DNA of 64,000 nt from Stegostoma tigrinum. Taxonomy: Eukaryota. Position numbers and translations under genes: made by a program. Positions within the stretch are counted from its first letter, which is position 1, and each line of letters begins with the position of its first letter. Of the stretch, positions 39,481 to 52,511 are shown piece by piece. The DNA is taken from NCBI RefSeq assembly GCF_030684315.1, contig NC_081374.1, positions 13,504,837 through 13,568,836 of the forward strand, in the 5' to 3' direction. The notes under the pieces were generated by a model, which ran no database searches, had not been told where the DNA came from, and saw nothing but the letters and a program-made list of their open reading frames with translations.

Positions 39481-40599
39481 CAGCCATGCACTAAAATATG
39501 AGGAGAAGTTCATAGATGGACAGCTAATAGTTTGCTTTATTATAGGATGTCTGTATCTTCTGCTTGTTTCTTTGGTCACTTTGAACAGTTGAAAAGTCCT
39601 GGCTCTTGAATCTGTGATGATCTCATTGTGAACTGAAAGTTCTGACAAACATACACCAACCCACCAAAGACAAACTGGATTTTGAGTTTCTGTTTAACAA
39701 TAAGAACAGTTCCTTTTACGTCATTGTTTAAGTTGAGCCTGTTTTGTGAAATCATATTGGATCAGAAGGGTGCAACCCAATGAGCCTGCTTATCATCTGG
39801 AACAGGTCAACCAGAGACCCTCCTTTTCATTCTGAGCTCAGGAACAATGTGACCTGCTAAACAAAGACACAAATGAACTTGTTTTGAAAATTTGTCAACA
39901 GTAATGATAGCAGGAGTTGCACAAAACTGGTTCAGCATCAGAATGCAGCAGAAATATTCAATGGAAGGTGGACTTTAAAAAAAAATCTTGAGGCAAAAAT
40001 GTTGTATATTTTGATGAAACGTAAGGAGGAAAGGGGGCTGGTGGGATTAGACAAGTGAAGAAATATCAGACACAACTGCTCAGTCGAGTCACTGTTTTTC
40101 TGTTCAATTGGCTGCTAAAATCGAGTATAAGAAAACAAAGAATGAGATAAGGCCAGCTAGTACGTCGGACTTGTGCCTTCTAAAGACCATGTACAATTGG
40201 TCTGTTGTGGACTCTGCCTTGTTTATTGAATCTCTTGAGAGAGGTGAATAACTACAGGTAAAATTTCCAAGAGAAAGCTCTGTGAAAGTTATCCCTGACA
40301 CCCTAAGGTAGCATAGCAAAACTCTCAGACATTAGGCTAAAATTACAATCAGCATTATTCAACCCTTGCCAATTGCATTCCACTGGTGACACTTTCTTGG
40401 TCTCAGAAGTACAGAAGCCATTGTGTTCCGGGGAGTATTTGTATATCCGTGTCACCCTCATCACCTTCAACCTTGTTCTTTAATAAACCAGCAATTTTTT
40501 TTTAGGTAAATTAATCAAGATCGCATTAACTGTGTTTTTTTGTTGGTTCACATATGGTTACAGTGGGAACAAGTCAAACTTAATTTCTTGCTGCACTTA

Positions 40600-40850
40600 A
40601 GAAGTTTTTTCAGTTTGTATCACTGTGCTCAGAGGTTAAGTAACTCCATGTATCGATGTTATCCATTCCTTCCTGCATTTGAAATACTAGGATAACATGC
40701 TGCCTCAATCCTCTTTTCTCTAACGGCAGCAAATTTAATTCCACAAGTTTTCCTACCGAATTAAGAGCTTTGAAGACTGGCATTATCCTTGTCGCTCTTC
40801 TATGAACCTCTTCGTCAATGTGTTTTTGTAAATGGAGTACATTCAAACCC
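40600..40850 (-). mobile_element. Old CR1 ORF2 fragment
   Basis: EEVHRRATRIMP...LEKRGLRQHVILVFQ. A plus-strand CR1 tail lies at about 40920-41025. Confidence 0.65.
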
Positions 40851-41477
40851 TGTGATCCAGGAGTGAATACACATACAAATTAAACAATATTAAAATAATG
40901 TGTTGTAGCATATAAGTTTAAGGATTTGCTGATAGGGAAATAGACTTTAGGATTAGGATAAAAGTTTGGCACAACATCGTGGGACGAACGGCCTGTACTG
41001 TGCTGTATTGTTCTAATGATCTATGATTAGTCAGAATCACCCATATTTCCTCTCTAAATTCTTGGAGAACTTTAGGATGTATTTGATACAGTTATGGCTT
41101 AGCTATTTAGTAAGCTAGGGATGCTTTGGAATATTTGGAAATAAAAAGCAGGAGAGTTCACTGTGATGTTGTGGCCAATGTTTATCCATTAACCAATATC
41201 TGAAAAAAAAGTTTGTCTGGTCATTTCTTTTTTTAGTGAGATCTGACAACGCACAAATGAACTACTTCTACCTCCTATATTACAACAATGAATAAGCATC
41301 AGAACTAATTTATTGGCTGTAAGGTGTTTGGGATGTCATGTAAGGTATTATACAAATGTTCTTTTATTTCATCTTCTTGGCATTCAGCTATAATCCAGAC
41401 TTAAATTATGTTTTATTCTGATATGTAGCACTTGATTTTACTGTTATTAGGAAGCTAAAATAGCTAAGCTGGTTTTA

Positions 41478-41711
41478 AAAATCGAAACAACTGTGGATGC
41501 TGTAAATCAGGAACAAAAACAACTTTGCTGGAAAAGCTCAGCAGGTCTGGCAGCATCTGTGAAGGAAAAAACAGAGTTAACATTTCGGGTCCGGTAACGC
41601 TTCCTGAGAACAGTTCTGAGGAAGGGTCACCAGACCCGAAATGTTGACTCTGGCTTTTCTCCTTCACTGATGCTGCCAGACCTGCTAAGCTTTTCCAGCA
41701 ATTTAGTTTTG
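41478..41711 (-). mobile_element. Fold-back non-autonomous Penelope-derived element
   Basis: Inverted arms centred near 41611. 13-bp TSD taagct(g/t)gtttta (41465-41477, 41712-41724). Confidence 0.8.
41612..41649 (+). ncRNA. Minimal hammerhead motif in one arm of the fold-back element
   Basis: AGTT-CTGAGGA-A-GGGTC-ACCA-GACCC-GAAAT-GTT-GACT: intact core boxes, 5-bp stem II, 4-bp stem I. Confidence 0.6.
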
Positions 41712-42167
41712 TAAGCTTGTTTTAGGTTAGGCTGACTCAATAAGTTAAATGAGTATGTTGCTATTCTGATGAAAACAACATTCTAGACAGTCAGCAATAA
41801 AAACCAAGAAAAAGAAGAGAAGTGACGGCAGTGTTAGGAATATGATAGACTCATTTTAAAAAAAAATTTGGATGGTTTAATCATTTTGTTGAATAGATGA
41901 AACGGTTGACTTTGGCATTGATTACAGTTTTTTTGACAGATGCACTGAAAGATGGTGGAGATGACCATTCAACTAAGAAAATGGCCATTGTCTATGATAT
42001 CTTTCAAATATAGCCTTATTGGCAGCAAACGTCTCCTAGGAATGAAATACAAAGTGTACAATTTTGCCAGTGTTTGACATGGTTGAGGAAGAGAACAAAA
42101 GACTGAGAGGATTTGTGGAGAATGACCATTGCTTCATTCTTGTAAAATCTACTTTATTAATTCATTT

Positions 42168-42900
42168 GAGTTATAGAGTCATACAGAACAGGGACAGACT
42201 CTTTGGTCTAACTCGTCCATGCTGATCAAGATTCCCAAACTAACATAGTCCCATTTTCCTGCATTTAGCCCATATCCATCTAAACCTTTCCCATGCATGT
42301 ACTTGTCCAAATGTCTTTTGAATGTTGTAATTATACCACTTTCTCTGGCAGTTCTTTCCACACACAAACCACCCGTTGCGTGAAATAGTTGCCTGTCAGG
42401 CCCCTTTTAAATTTTTCTCATCGTACTAAAAAATATTTCCTCTCGTTTTGGACACCCCTACGTGAGGGAAAAGTCTTTTCTATTTACCTTTATCTATGTC
42501 CTTTATGATTTTATAAACGTCTATTAGATCACCCCTCAACATCCTAAGCTTCAGCGAAAAATGTCCCAGCCTAATCAGTCCTGCCCTATAACTCAAACCC
42601 TCCAGTCTTGGGAGAATCTTTGTAAATCTTATCTACAATGTCTCCAATTTTATAATATTCTTGCTATGGCAGGGTGAATAGATCTCTACACAATATTACT
42701 GATCTCACCAATGTCCTATACAACCACAACATGATATCCCAACTCCTATATTGAATGGTCTGAGTAATAAAGGCAAGCTTTCCAAATGCCATCTTTACCG
42801 CACTGTCTACCTGTGATGCAACTTTCAAAGAACTATGTACCTGAATGCCTAAATGTCTCTATTTGACAATGCTCGCCAGGGACCAGAGTCCTGCTCTTGT
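42168..42900 (-). mobile_element. CR1 LINE 3' part
   Basis: ITTFKRHLDKYM...GYGLNAGKWD; colinear with other copies. Confidence 0.85.
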
Positions 42901-43082
42901 TCATCTCTCTGTCAATGACTCAGGAATTGTTCCAAAGCTACACTAACTGCCATACAATACTGGATAGCTCAATTAATTGGATGCCTAGTTTGTGATGCCA
43001 ACAGTGTAGGCTAAATTCCTGCACTGGCTGAGATTACCATGAAGGATTCTCCTTCCCAAACCATTCCCACTGCCTGAGGTGT

Positions 43083-43164
43083 GATGAGGTGGCCGAGACG
43101 CTGAGGGGATGGACTGCTAATCCATTGTGCTCTGCATGTGTTGGTTCGAGTCCCACTCTCGTTA
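43083..43164 (+). pseudogene. tRNA-Ser(GCT) pseudogene
   Basis: 82 nt colinear with vertebrate tRNA-Ser(GCT). Anticodon arm ATGGA-CTGCTAA-TCCAT is intact, with a long variable arm and a GTTCGAG T-loop. The D-loop GG is lost and the acceptor stem has several G-U pairs. Confidence 0.88.
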
Positions 43165-43181
43165 CTGTTTCTAAATCTTAT

Positions 43182-43492
43182 TGGGGCAGCACTGTGGCTC
43201 AGTGGTTAGCACAGCTGCCTCACAGCACCAGTAACCCAGGTTTGATTCCACCCTTGGATGACTATCTTTGTGGAGTTTGCACATTCTCCCCACTGTTTGC
43301 ATGGGATTCCTCCAGGTATTTCGGTTTCCTCTCACAGTCCAAAGATGTGTAGGCTAGGAGGATTGGCCATAGTGTTCAGGGATGTGTAGATTAGGTGGTT
43401 TACAGGGGGATGGATATGGATGGGATGCTCTGAAGTTCAATGTGGATTTGTTGGGCTGAAGGGCCTGTTTTCACACTGTAGAGATTCTATAT
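43182..43492 (+). mobile_element. HE1-like (V-domain) tRNA-derived SINE
   Basis: A box tggctcagtgg, B box ggtttgattcc, V-domain tggagtttgcacattctcccc, CR1-like tail. Confidence 0.85.
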
Positions 43493-45564
43493 GGCAATCC
43501 TCAGGCTAAAAAACTGTCAGTTGAATTTCTCCAATGAGAGAGTGGGAGTATGGTGATTTTGTCTTTTTTTTAACCTGCCCTGATCTTGTATTTCTCATTA
43601 ATTCCTTCTAAAGACAAAGATCACCTTGGAATAAAAAGAAGATATAAGAACCTGCATTAAGTATATCACCAATAAAGTTCTAGCTAATTGAAAAAGCTCA
43701 GGATTATCAACAAAAGTGCTATTTAAAGGCTCTATCAATAGTCTGTTCATCTTTTTCTTCTCAGGTATGTGATATAAATGTTGCTGATAAGGCTACCATT
43801 TATTGTGTACATTCAATCATCAACTTTGACAACAATGGTTGGTCTTCTTTAATGCCTCTAAGTGGCATTGCCACCATCAGTGAACATTGTTCCTCTGATT
43901 TCTGTGTTTTATTGCGACTTCAAAAATTGCCAATAAAAATTATGTTAGGTGTTTAAAGTTAGCTCAAATTCTTTCAGCCACTTCAGGGCTCAAGTGCCAA
44001 TCTAGGGCAGCACTTCATACAGTATTGAAGAAGCTCTGTGTTATTACAAATGATGTCAATGCTGATCAATAAGGATTTCACAGCATTACTGAAGGAAGTT
44101 TGGAAGTGCTCAGACCAGAATTCTTCCCCAGAAGTAGATTAGCTGCTTATCCCACTTATCTATCACTTGCCTGTGGGATTTTACCACGGCTGAAATGCCT
44201 ACTGCCTTTGTCTGTATGATAACAGAAGTGTATTCAAAAGTAATTAATTAAAAATGAATTCGCTTAGGTTCTTCCTGGAACAAAAGGACAAGGTGGTACA
44301 TGAAGGCTATTCAGAACGTTTACGTATTCTTGAATTCATGAAACTTTTCTTTTGAAAATGAATGTGGCACATTTACCATGTTGTAATCTTCTTCAATAAG
44401 CTTGTTGTAGTTTTAAGCTCTTACTTTCTTTTTTTGCTCCGGATGTTTCTTGGCTTCTCTGTTTGAAAATACTCTTGAAGGTAGATTTACCTGTCCAAAA
44501 TGGTAACCAGATCCAAACAGAATTTAAACGACTTTCTGTTAACTTAAAAATTCTGCCAACCATCACTTATCTGGCCACATCACGTCGCATGTTTGTACTG
44601 GAATCGAATACAAGCTTATTCCTCAAGCAAGCTGCCCAGTAACAAGCCTATCATAGCTTCAGAATTTCATTGGGTTTAACCAGAAAGTTATTTTATGTGA
44701 GTAAAGAAGGTTTTTGAGTGCTGCTACAGAATTAAACCAACAAATACCAGTCTCAAACTTAGAAAAAACAATGTTTAACTGGAATCCACACAGACTTCAG
44801 AATCATAATTGACCACCATGGGCTTCTCAATTTTCATGAGTAGGCCATATGGAGCTGATAAGTGATTATAGTAACCAAACAGGTCTTTTAAAACAGGACT
44901 TCCTTGCTTGTACACAATATTGATTTCCTCCACTAACCTGAGAAGTTATTGGACTTCTTCTACTCTCCATTGCCCTAAATAGCACCGGAAGCAATCCAGA
45001 TTCTGTCACCTTTGCACGTTTTGCTTTTATACTTCTATATCATACCTTGCTTTCCTGCTTTGCTTCCGAACTATTGTTCAGGCTTGGCTAGTCAGATGGA
45101 TGGATAATATTTCTGTAATACCAACAGTGTTGCAGAGGACATTTGATTCTCTAGGTCTCTGCTTTTGACTTTTAAACCCATTCTTAACATAATATTCATC
45201 CAGCTTATTTTGAGATGTTAATCAACATAGCTTTGCATTGGTGATTGTGACATATATCTATTACTCCACAGGGAGAAAAGCCATCTAATCTTGTTTGAGG
45301 CTTGCCTATTTTGTGCTGGTGTTTTCACTGTTTGTGATCACAGTATAAGCTGGCCTACATACTTACATTTACATTATCGATGCATATTAATTAAAGTTTT
45401 AAATGGGTGGCAGTCACACTGTACTGTTTTGCCTTGTATACAAAGCTTCTTCCTGGTTTGGAAGAAGTTTGGACACAGTAGTACAAAGCATACAGAAACA
45501 CGTAATGGAAATTATGGAAAATCTTTTCTGGAATATGACTTGGAAACAAGGAAAGAGATTATGG

Positions 45565-45800
45565 GCACAAAAATAGAAGTTGTTGGAAGCTCAGCAGTTC
45601 TGGCAGCATCTGTGAAGAAAAAAATCAGAGTTAACATTTCAGGTCAAGTGACCCTTCCTCTGAACATTTCTAAGGAAGGGTCACCTGACCCAAAATGTTA
45701 ACGCTGATTTTTTTCCTCACAGGGCTGCTAGAACAGCTGAGCTTCCAACTACTTCTATTTTTGTTCCCGATTTACAGCATCTGGAGTTCTTTCAAGTTTT
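45565..45800 (+). mobile_element. Fold-back non-autonomous Penelope-derived element
   Basis: Inverted arms centred near 45665. 13-bp TSD aaaga(g/a)attatgg (45552-45564, 45801-45813). Confidence 0.8.
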
Positions 45801-47023
45801 AAAGAAATTATGGAAAAAGGTTTAAAAGGGCATAGTATTTATTTTTCATTAATCATCAGGTTGCTGCTGAGTCATGGCAAAATTTAGCAATCCTTGAACT
45901 CAGCAGTAATAAAAAGATCTTGATAGAGCGGATGGGTAGTTATTAATTTATTTTTCAAAATTAGATTGTGCTCTGATGACAACAGCATATCTTCATATTG
46001 CAACTTCTGAATAATGAAACACAGCAAGTCAATTTTCAGAAGGCAAGGTGAACAGCAAGCAGAATATAGGAGAGGAATTATCAGAGAAGTCCAAGGTTGT
46101 GGTGAAAGAGGTACTCTTTCAAGATTCTTTCGAGGGCAAACAATGGTTTTGAGAAATAAGTTGTAAAGAATTGGCACCTAAAGTGTGTACTATCAATAAA
46201 GGAGCAGGTTTGGGGTAGAGCAGATGGGATGGAGATGCCTGAGAGGAGGATGCAGTTCAGAACTGTGCCTCAATGATATTGCAGGGGAAGGGAAGAGAAA
46301 AGTCACAGGATGTTGGAGATGTATAGAAGTTATGTTTCAAATGCATGGCGGGAAGCAAGTAGATTGATGTTTGATCAGAACGGTATGTGTGTCAAATGAC
46401 CTCTGGGCCAATTGGGGCTTGTGTGGGCAAGACTGTGGACACTGGTCAAAAGTTTGCCAGAGACTTTGAATTTCAGGCCAGAAAGCTGAGGGTGGAACAT
46501 CCTGCTGACAGCTATGAGTGAGATAGGGAAGTTGGAGAGTAGTGATCTGAGGGTAGAGGAGAGGTGGTCAGTTCATGCACAAGAATATGGGATTTGAAGT
46601 CCAGCCCTGGGTTTGTGAGACAATGTAGACCAAGTGGGTTCAGCTGAGCGAACCGCCACTATATATGGATGAAATCTTGAGTCTCCTGGAAAATACTGAT
46701 CCGAGTGTAACTCCAGTATGGCTGACATTGAGCAGGCTCTTTCCGAATGAGGGGCTGGATTTCAATTTTCCAACCCGCGAACAGCACGTAAACCTGGCAA
46801 CATATACGGAAGACAGGCGTTTCTGAAAAAAAATCATTTGATAGTGGCATCTTAACACAGTCAGTGCATTAGCAACTGATATTCTGGGTTTCTGACCAAT
46901 TAGCGTGAGTGGGTGTGGTGATGACCTGTATCTGTCTATTGCAGCTCTAATATTTAAAAGGGCTTGTTAAGATGAGATTTGAAACATTGTACAGCTGTTA
47001 AAACAGAGCCAGCGCCTGGAGCT

Positions 47024-47611
47024 ATGGATTCACGACATGAGAGCAAGGTAATACCAAGGTGAAATCATTGATGCCTCCCTGGAGATGATGTTGGCTCTAA
47101 GGACCCACAAGGAGATTCAGTTCCCTGCCGATGGGAAGAAGAAACCTGATACAGAGTACGCGAAAATGTGGTTGGAAGTTGCTGAGAGAAGTGAGCAGAG
47201 GGAGTGCAGCTCCGCACGCCTGGATATAGTCCGAGAAGAGGTTTAATGACCTTATCAGGACAGCGAAGGTAAGTAGCGTGGCAAGTTAGGAATTTTCAAA
47301 TGTTTGTCTTTGCCCGGCAGCCCATTAATCTGCCTTCCAAAGCTTTCTCCAGAAAATCACAACTTACACGACCACATCTTGGAAGGACACCCATCCTTCT
47401 CTGCCAAGATATCTTCTGACATTACAATCTGATTATGCACCATCTGAATGCAGTGTCTCACCAACCCTCTCTGCGACATTCCTAAGTTTGCCTTTATACC
47501 CATCCAATTCACTCATTTTCTTACACTCAAAGCCTCTTTCTTCCTTCCTTTCAGGAGGACAGAGCTCAAAACATTATAGAGAAGCAGAGACCTGGAGCTA
47601 CCTCTGGACAG
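47024..47611 (+). pseudogene. Harbinger Myb/SANT-like DNA-binding protein pseudogene (exon 1 47024-47268, exon 2 from 47555)
   Basis: IDASLEMML...QFPADGKK...MWLEVAE...WI*SEKRFNDLIRTAK|gtaagt...tttcag|EDRAQN. Contains frameshifts and stops; CCAAT at 46896 and TATTTAAA at 46951 lie upstream. Confidence 0.75.
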
Positions 47612-50202
47612 GTAGAGTTATAGTGATGTATAACGCAGAAACAAACCTTTCGGTCTAACTTGTCCATGCCGACCAGATATCATAAATTAATCTAATCCCA
47701 TTTGCCAGCATTTGACACATATCTCTCTCAATTTGTCCTATTCATGTGCCCATCCAAATGCCTTTCAATATTACCATTACACCAGCATCCATCACCTACC
47801 CTGGCAGGTCATTCCATATACGCACTGCTCTCTGCGTGAAAAAGTTGCCCTGTAGATCCTTTCTAAATCTTTCCCCTCTCACCTTAAACCTATGCTCTCC
47901 CACCCTGTGGAAGAGATCTTGTCTATTCAACCTATCCATACCATTAATGATTTTAGAAATACCTATAAGGTCACACCTCAGCCTCTGATGTTCCAGGGAA
48001 AATAATCTCAGCCTATTCAGCTTCTCCCTACAGCTCAAGCCCTCCAGTCCTGGCAACACCCTTGTAAATTTTTTCTACACCCTTTCAAGTTTAACAGCAT
48101 CTTTCAGTAATAGGGAGACCAGAATTGAACTGTATTCTAAAAGTGGCTTCACCAATGTCCTATACAGTCACAACATAACATCCCAACACTTATACTCAAT
48201 GCACTGACCAATAAAGGCAAGTGAATCAATCATCTTCGTCACCATCCTATATACCCAAGGATCCACCTTCAAAGATCTGTGAACCTGCAACCCAAGGTCT
48301 CTTTGTTCGGCCACACTTACCAAGTCCTGCCCTGATTTACAACATCCCACATTTATCTAACTTAAACTCCATCTGCCACTCCTCCATCCATTGGCCCATC
48401 ATCGAATGTCTGAGTGTATTCTGAGGTAACCTTTTATCACTGTTCACCACAACAGTAATGCTGACATTATCTGCAAACTTATTAACCATACCTCCTGTGC
48501 TCACATCCAAATCATTTATATCAATGGCAAAAAGCAGTGGATCCAGCAACGGTCCTTGTGGCACACCACCAGTCACAGGCCTCCAGTTGGAAATCAACGC
48601 TCCACTACCACCCTGTGTCTCTCATCAAAGAACAAAGAGCAAAGAAAATTACAGCACAGGAATAGGCCCTTTGGCCCTCCAAGCCTGCGCCGATCGAGAT
48701 CCTCTGTCTAAACCTGTCATCTATTTTCTAAGGGTCTGTATCCCTTTGCTCCCTGTCCATGTACCTGTCCAGATACATCTTAAAAGACACAATCATGTCT
48801 GCGTCTACCATGTCCACTGGCAACATGTTCCAGGCACCTACCACCCTCTGCATAAAGAACTTTTCACGCATATCTCCCATTAAACTTTCCTCCTCTCACT
48901 TTGAACTCGTGACCCCTCTTCAAGTTAATGTTATATCTAAATGTCTAACTCTCCCTGGATTCCATGTTATCTAACCTCGTTGGCCAGTATACCATGTGGA
49001 ACTTTGTTGAACATCTTACTGAATCCCTCATAGACAATATCCACCATTCTGTGATAGTGCCTAGTAACCCTGCAGTGAGGAACTCACCTCCTGACTCTCC
49101 GCAACCTGATCACCATCAACAAGGAACAATTCAGAGCGCAATGAAATACCCTCACTTGCCTGGATTGCCGCAGCTCCAACAACACTCAAAATGTTGCAGA
49201 TGATACATGCTGTTGCTACGGAGTATTGGTAGTAGAGGGAGTGAATAATTTTATGGATGTGGTGGGATTGATTGTCTTCATCAATCGTCTTTGCCACTTT
49301 TTCAAAAAACTCAATCAAGTTAGTGAGTCATAACTTCCCATGCACAAAGCCATGTTGACTTCCCTTTAATCAGTCCTTTCCAAATGCATGTAAATCCTGT
49401 CCTTTAGAATCCTCTCCAGCAACGCGTCCACCATGGGGACCGGCTCATTGGTCTATTTCCTTACCACATTTCTTAAATAATGGCACTACATTAGATGCAT
49501 TCCAGCCTTCTGCTACCTCAGAATATTGATGATACAAATACCTCAACAAGAGGCCCAGCAATCTCTCCCCTTGCTTCCCACTAAGTTCCAGGGTACACCT
49601 GATCAGGTCCTGGGGATACATTCACCTTTATGCATTTTAAGACATCCTGCACCTCCTCCTCAGTAATATAGACACTTTTCATGATATTCACTCTTTATTT
49701 CTCTGAGTTCCCTAGCTTCTATATCCTTTTCCACAGCAAATACTTATGCAAAATATTCCTTTAGCATCTCACCCATCTCCTTTGGTTTCACACATAGATG
49801 GGTATTGTTGATCTTTAAGAGGCCCTATTATCTCCATTGTTACGCTTTCATCCTTCATATGTTTGTAGAATCTCTTTGGATTCGCCTTAACTTTGTTCTT
49901 CAAAGTGATCTCATGCCTCCTTTTTGCCCTCCTGATTCCCCTCTTGAGTATACTCCTACTGTCCTATCCTCCTCAAGGGATTCACTCAATCCCAGCTGTC
50001 TATATGTGTCCTTCGTTTTCTAGTCAACCAGCATTCCCTGCACCTATCTGACTTGGCTTTCACAGTAACAGGAGCATACCACCTCTGGACACTCCTTATC
50101 TCATTTTTGAAGGTCTCTCACTTTCTAAATATCCCTTTTCCTGCAAGTAGCCTTCCCCAATCAACTTTTGAAAGCTCTTGCCTAATACCATCAAAATTGG
50201 CC
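47612..50202 (-). mobile_element. About 2.6-kb CR1 LINE with a nested CR1 fragment (about 48625-48917) and a templated insert (49053-49274)
   Basis: RT motifs WRPVTGGVPQGPLLDPLLFAIDINDLD...KFADN, LIEFFEKV and LRCDLIGISKI...FFTQRAVRIWN. Confidence 0.92.
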
Positions 50203-50489
50203 TATAGAAGTGTTGCAGATACGCAGGACCTACACATGACAGATTATCAGAATAGCAGAGGTAGCGGTCTCCGAGCTACCTAATGACAGAATTAACTTTC
50301 AATAAACAGTGTCCAAAACACTCACTCATGTTGGCTTGATGGTTGCAGCCATTCAAAAATGATAACATGTATGCAATTCAGACTGGAAAGTAGCAAACGT
50401 AACCTCACTAATTATGAACAGAGGGAGAGAGAAATCGTGGTTTGATGAAATTGTCAGCTTGACATCAGTAGAAGATAAATGTTAGATTT

Positions 50490-51105
50490 TTTTTATTCAT
50501 TCACAGGTTGTGAGCATCACTGGCTGGTCCAACATTTCTTGCCCATCCCTAGGTGCCCTTGAAAAGGTAATGGTGAGCTGCCTTCTTGAACCACTGCAAC
50601 AGTGAATGAACGGTGATATATTTCTAAGTCAGGATGGTGAGTGGTTTGGAGGGGAACTTGCAGGCAGTTGTATTCTCATGTATCTGCTGTGCTTGTCCTG
50701 GTTATGGTCTGGGTTTGGAAGGTGCCGTCTAAAGAGCCCCAGTAAATTTACTATTCATGTCATAGATGATACATACTGTTGCATCTAAACATTGATGATG
50801 GAGTTTGCGAATGTTTATGCATGTGGTGCCAATCAAGTGGGCTGCTTTATGCTGAATGATGCAATCCAGAACAAAGTGGACCAATTAATTGCCACCACAT
50901 CCATAAAATTATTCACTCCCTCCACTACTAATACTCAGTAGCAACAGTGTGTATTGTCTACAACATTTTGAGTGTTGTTGGAGCTGCGGCAATCCAGGCA
51001 AGTGAGGGTATTTCATTGCACTCTTGATTTGTTCCTTGTTGATGGTGATCAGGTTGTGGAGAGTCAGGAGGTGAGTTCCTCACTGCAGGGTTACTAAGCA
51101 CTATC
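50490..51105 (-). mobile_element. CR1/L2-clade LINE 3' relic with an internal inversion (about 50885-50965)
   Basis: The tail resembles that of the second SINE family. The RT C-terminal fragment reads ...MKYPHLPG...; a related piece lies at about 63150-63380. Confidence 0.6.
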
Positions 51106-51859
51106 TGTACCGTGGATCGTATGTAAACATGCCATCCTCCAGGTCTGTGGATAGCTGACTTTCTGGTGATAGGATTATACGTGCATGGAAGATTTCAGCT
51201 GATGAGGACAGAGTTGGATCTCGCTGGCCCTCTGTGGAATAGGTGCTTTCTGGGCACTGAAGTTGAAATAATCACTGCATCAAGCAGATGTAGACATGAG
51301 CAGTGAATTACCAATACAACAGTCTACAGTACCTGGTGACTACAGGCGCAGTTATGGAAGATGGTCCAATGACAAAAGTCCATCCCCAGATGCTCAGACA
51401 GCTGCTGTAAGGACTCAGAAGTCAGGCTTTTCAGACCAGTAGGAATACCCAAACAGAACCAAATAGTGGGGGCTTTAATGATCTTATCCATCATAGTGAC
51501 CATTGAGCACGGGAAGGGAGTGCAGCTCAGTGCGCAGATTCAACCTGATGGAATATGTCACTTCACTGCCTTCTTTTTAGAAACCAACAGAAACCAGCCA
51601 AACCCTGCCAGTGAGGTAATGGTTAGGGCAGAACAGGCATAGGAGACAATGATTATCAAGAGAAAGCATCGGAGGAAAGAATGATGGGCACTTACGCACA
51701 TCTTGTGTAGAATTATTTAAAAAGCCGTTAGTGTTGCTGTTGGATTAAGAAAATTGAAACGCTTTACTGGAGAGTTTGGTGAATGTATTTGAGTGCCATG
51801 TGCAATTTATAATATTTGGAAGTGTACTGTGATCGTAGTTATTGACTTATGTGTCTACA

Positions 51860-52510
51860 GCTTCCTCCACCTGCTCTTACTGGGGCTCACATACTGCCAA
51901 TGTAATGAAGTCCTTTTAGCAGGACTAAGATGCCAAGACCACCACAGTCCTTGACATCTTAGCTGGAACGTATAGTAGGGCAACCCTAGCATCCAAATTG
52001 CGGAGTCAACATTCTAGCGATGTGGCTCATGATCACTTTTGTGGAAGTCAATATATTAAACCAGGCCGATTAGAAATGACTAAATCTTATTAGCTATGCT
52101 ATGTTTGTTTGTAGGTTATATTTAGTGTGTGTTTGTTGGGTGGAGAGGAGGAGAACATCACAGTACGTGCTGCAGCCCTGCTAACTTAGGTGTGGCTATT
52201 TGTAAACATTTCTTGTCTTTTCACCTGTGCTTTGGAACAATCAAAATTTCTTGGAACTTCAATCCCAACCTCTTGGTATTTATTCCATGTGCATATTTGA
52301 CCAAGGGGCTTATGTATTTAGCTGCATCACCAGCGTCAAGATGTGATTTGTCAAACCTGCAAAAATTTTCATGTTACCAAAAACATTAACCTTCTTCACT
52401 TCTTTTACCCATCGACCAGAATCAATTCATAACATCTTCAAGTTTTATTCATCAGCCATTTTATATAATCAACTCCTATGAGATAATGTTGGAGTAACCT
52501 ATCTATATTT
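51860..52510 (-). pseudogene. Harbinger (HARBI1-like) DDE transposase C-terminal relic
   Basis: The minus strand at about 52008-51930 reads LRNLDARVALLYVPAKMSRTVVVLA, matching the RFRCLD..G.LQY.P..V..I.V.C motif. Confidence 0.55.
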
Positions 52511-52511
52511 G

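Larger units (their letters stand above)
42960..43560 (+). repeat. Older tRNA-derived SINE split by the tRNA+HE1 insertion (42960-43082 and about 43493-43560)
   Basis: The halves rejoin as ...gcctgaggtgt|ggcaatcctcaggctaaa.... A related decayed copy lies near 26070-26250. Confidence 0.6.

Noticed and set aside
43083-43164. Functional tRNA-Ser gene
   Set aside because: The D-loop GG is lost, the acceptor and T stems are weakened, there is no clean T-run terminator, and it sits inside a retroposed cassette.
44470-44490. GKST P-loop-like peptide on the minus strand
   Set aside because: There is no GxxxxGK context and the frame closes after about 30 codons.
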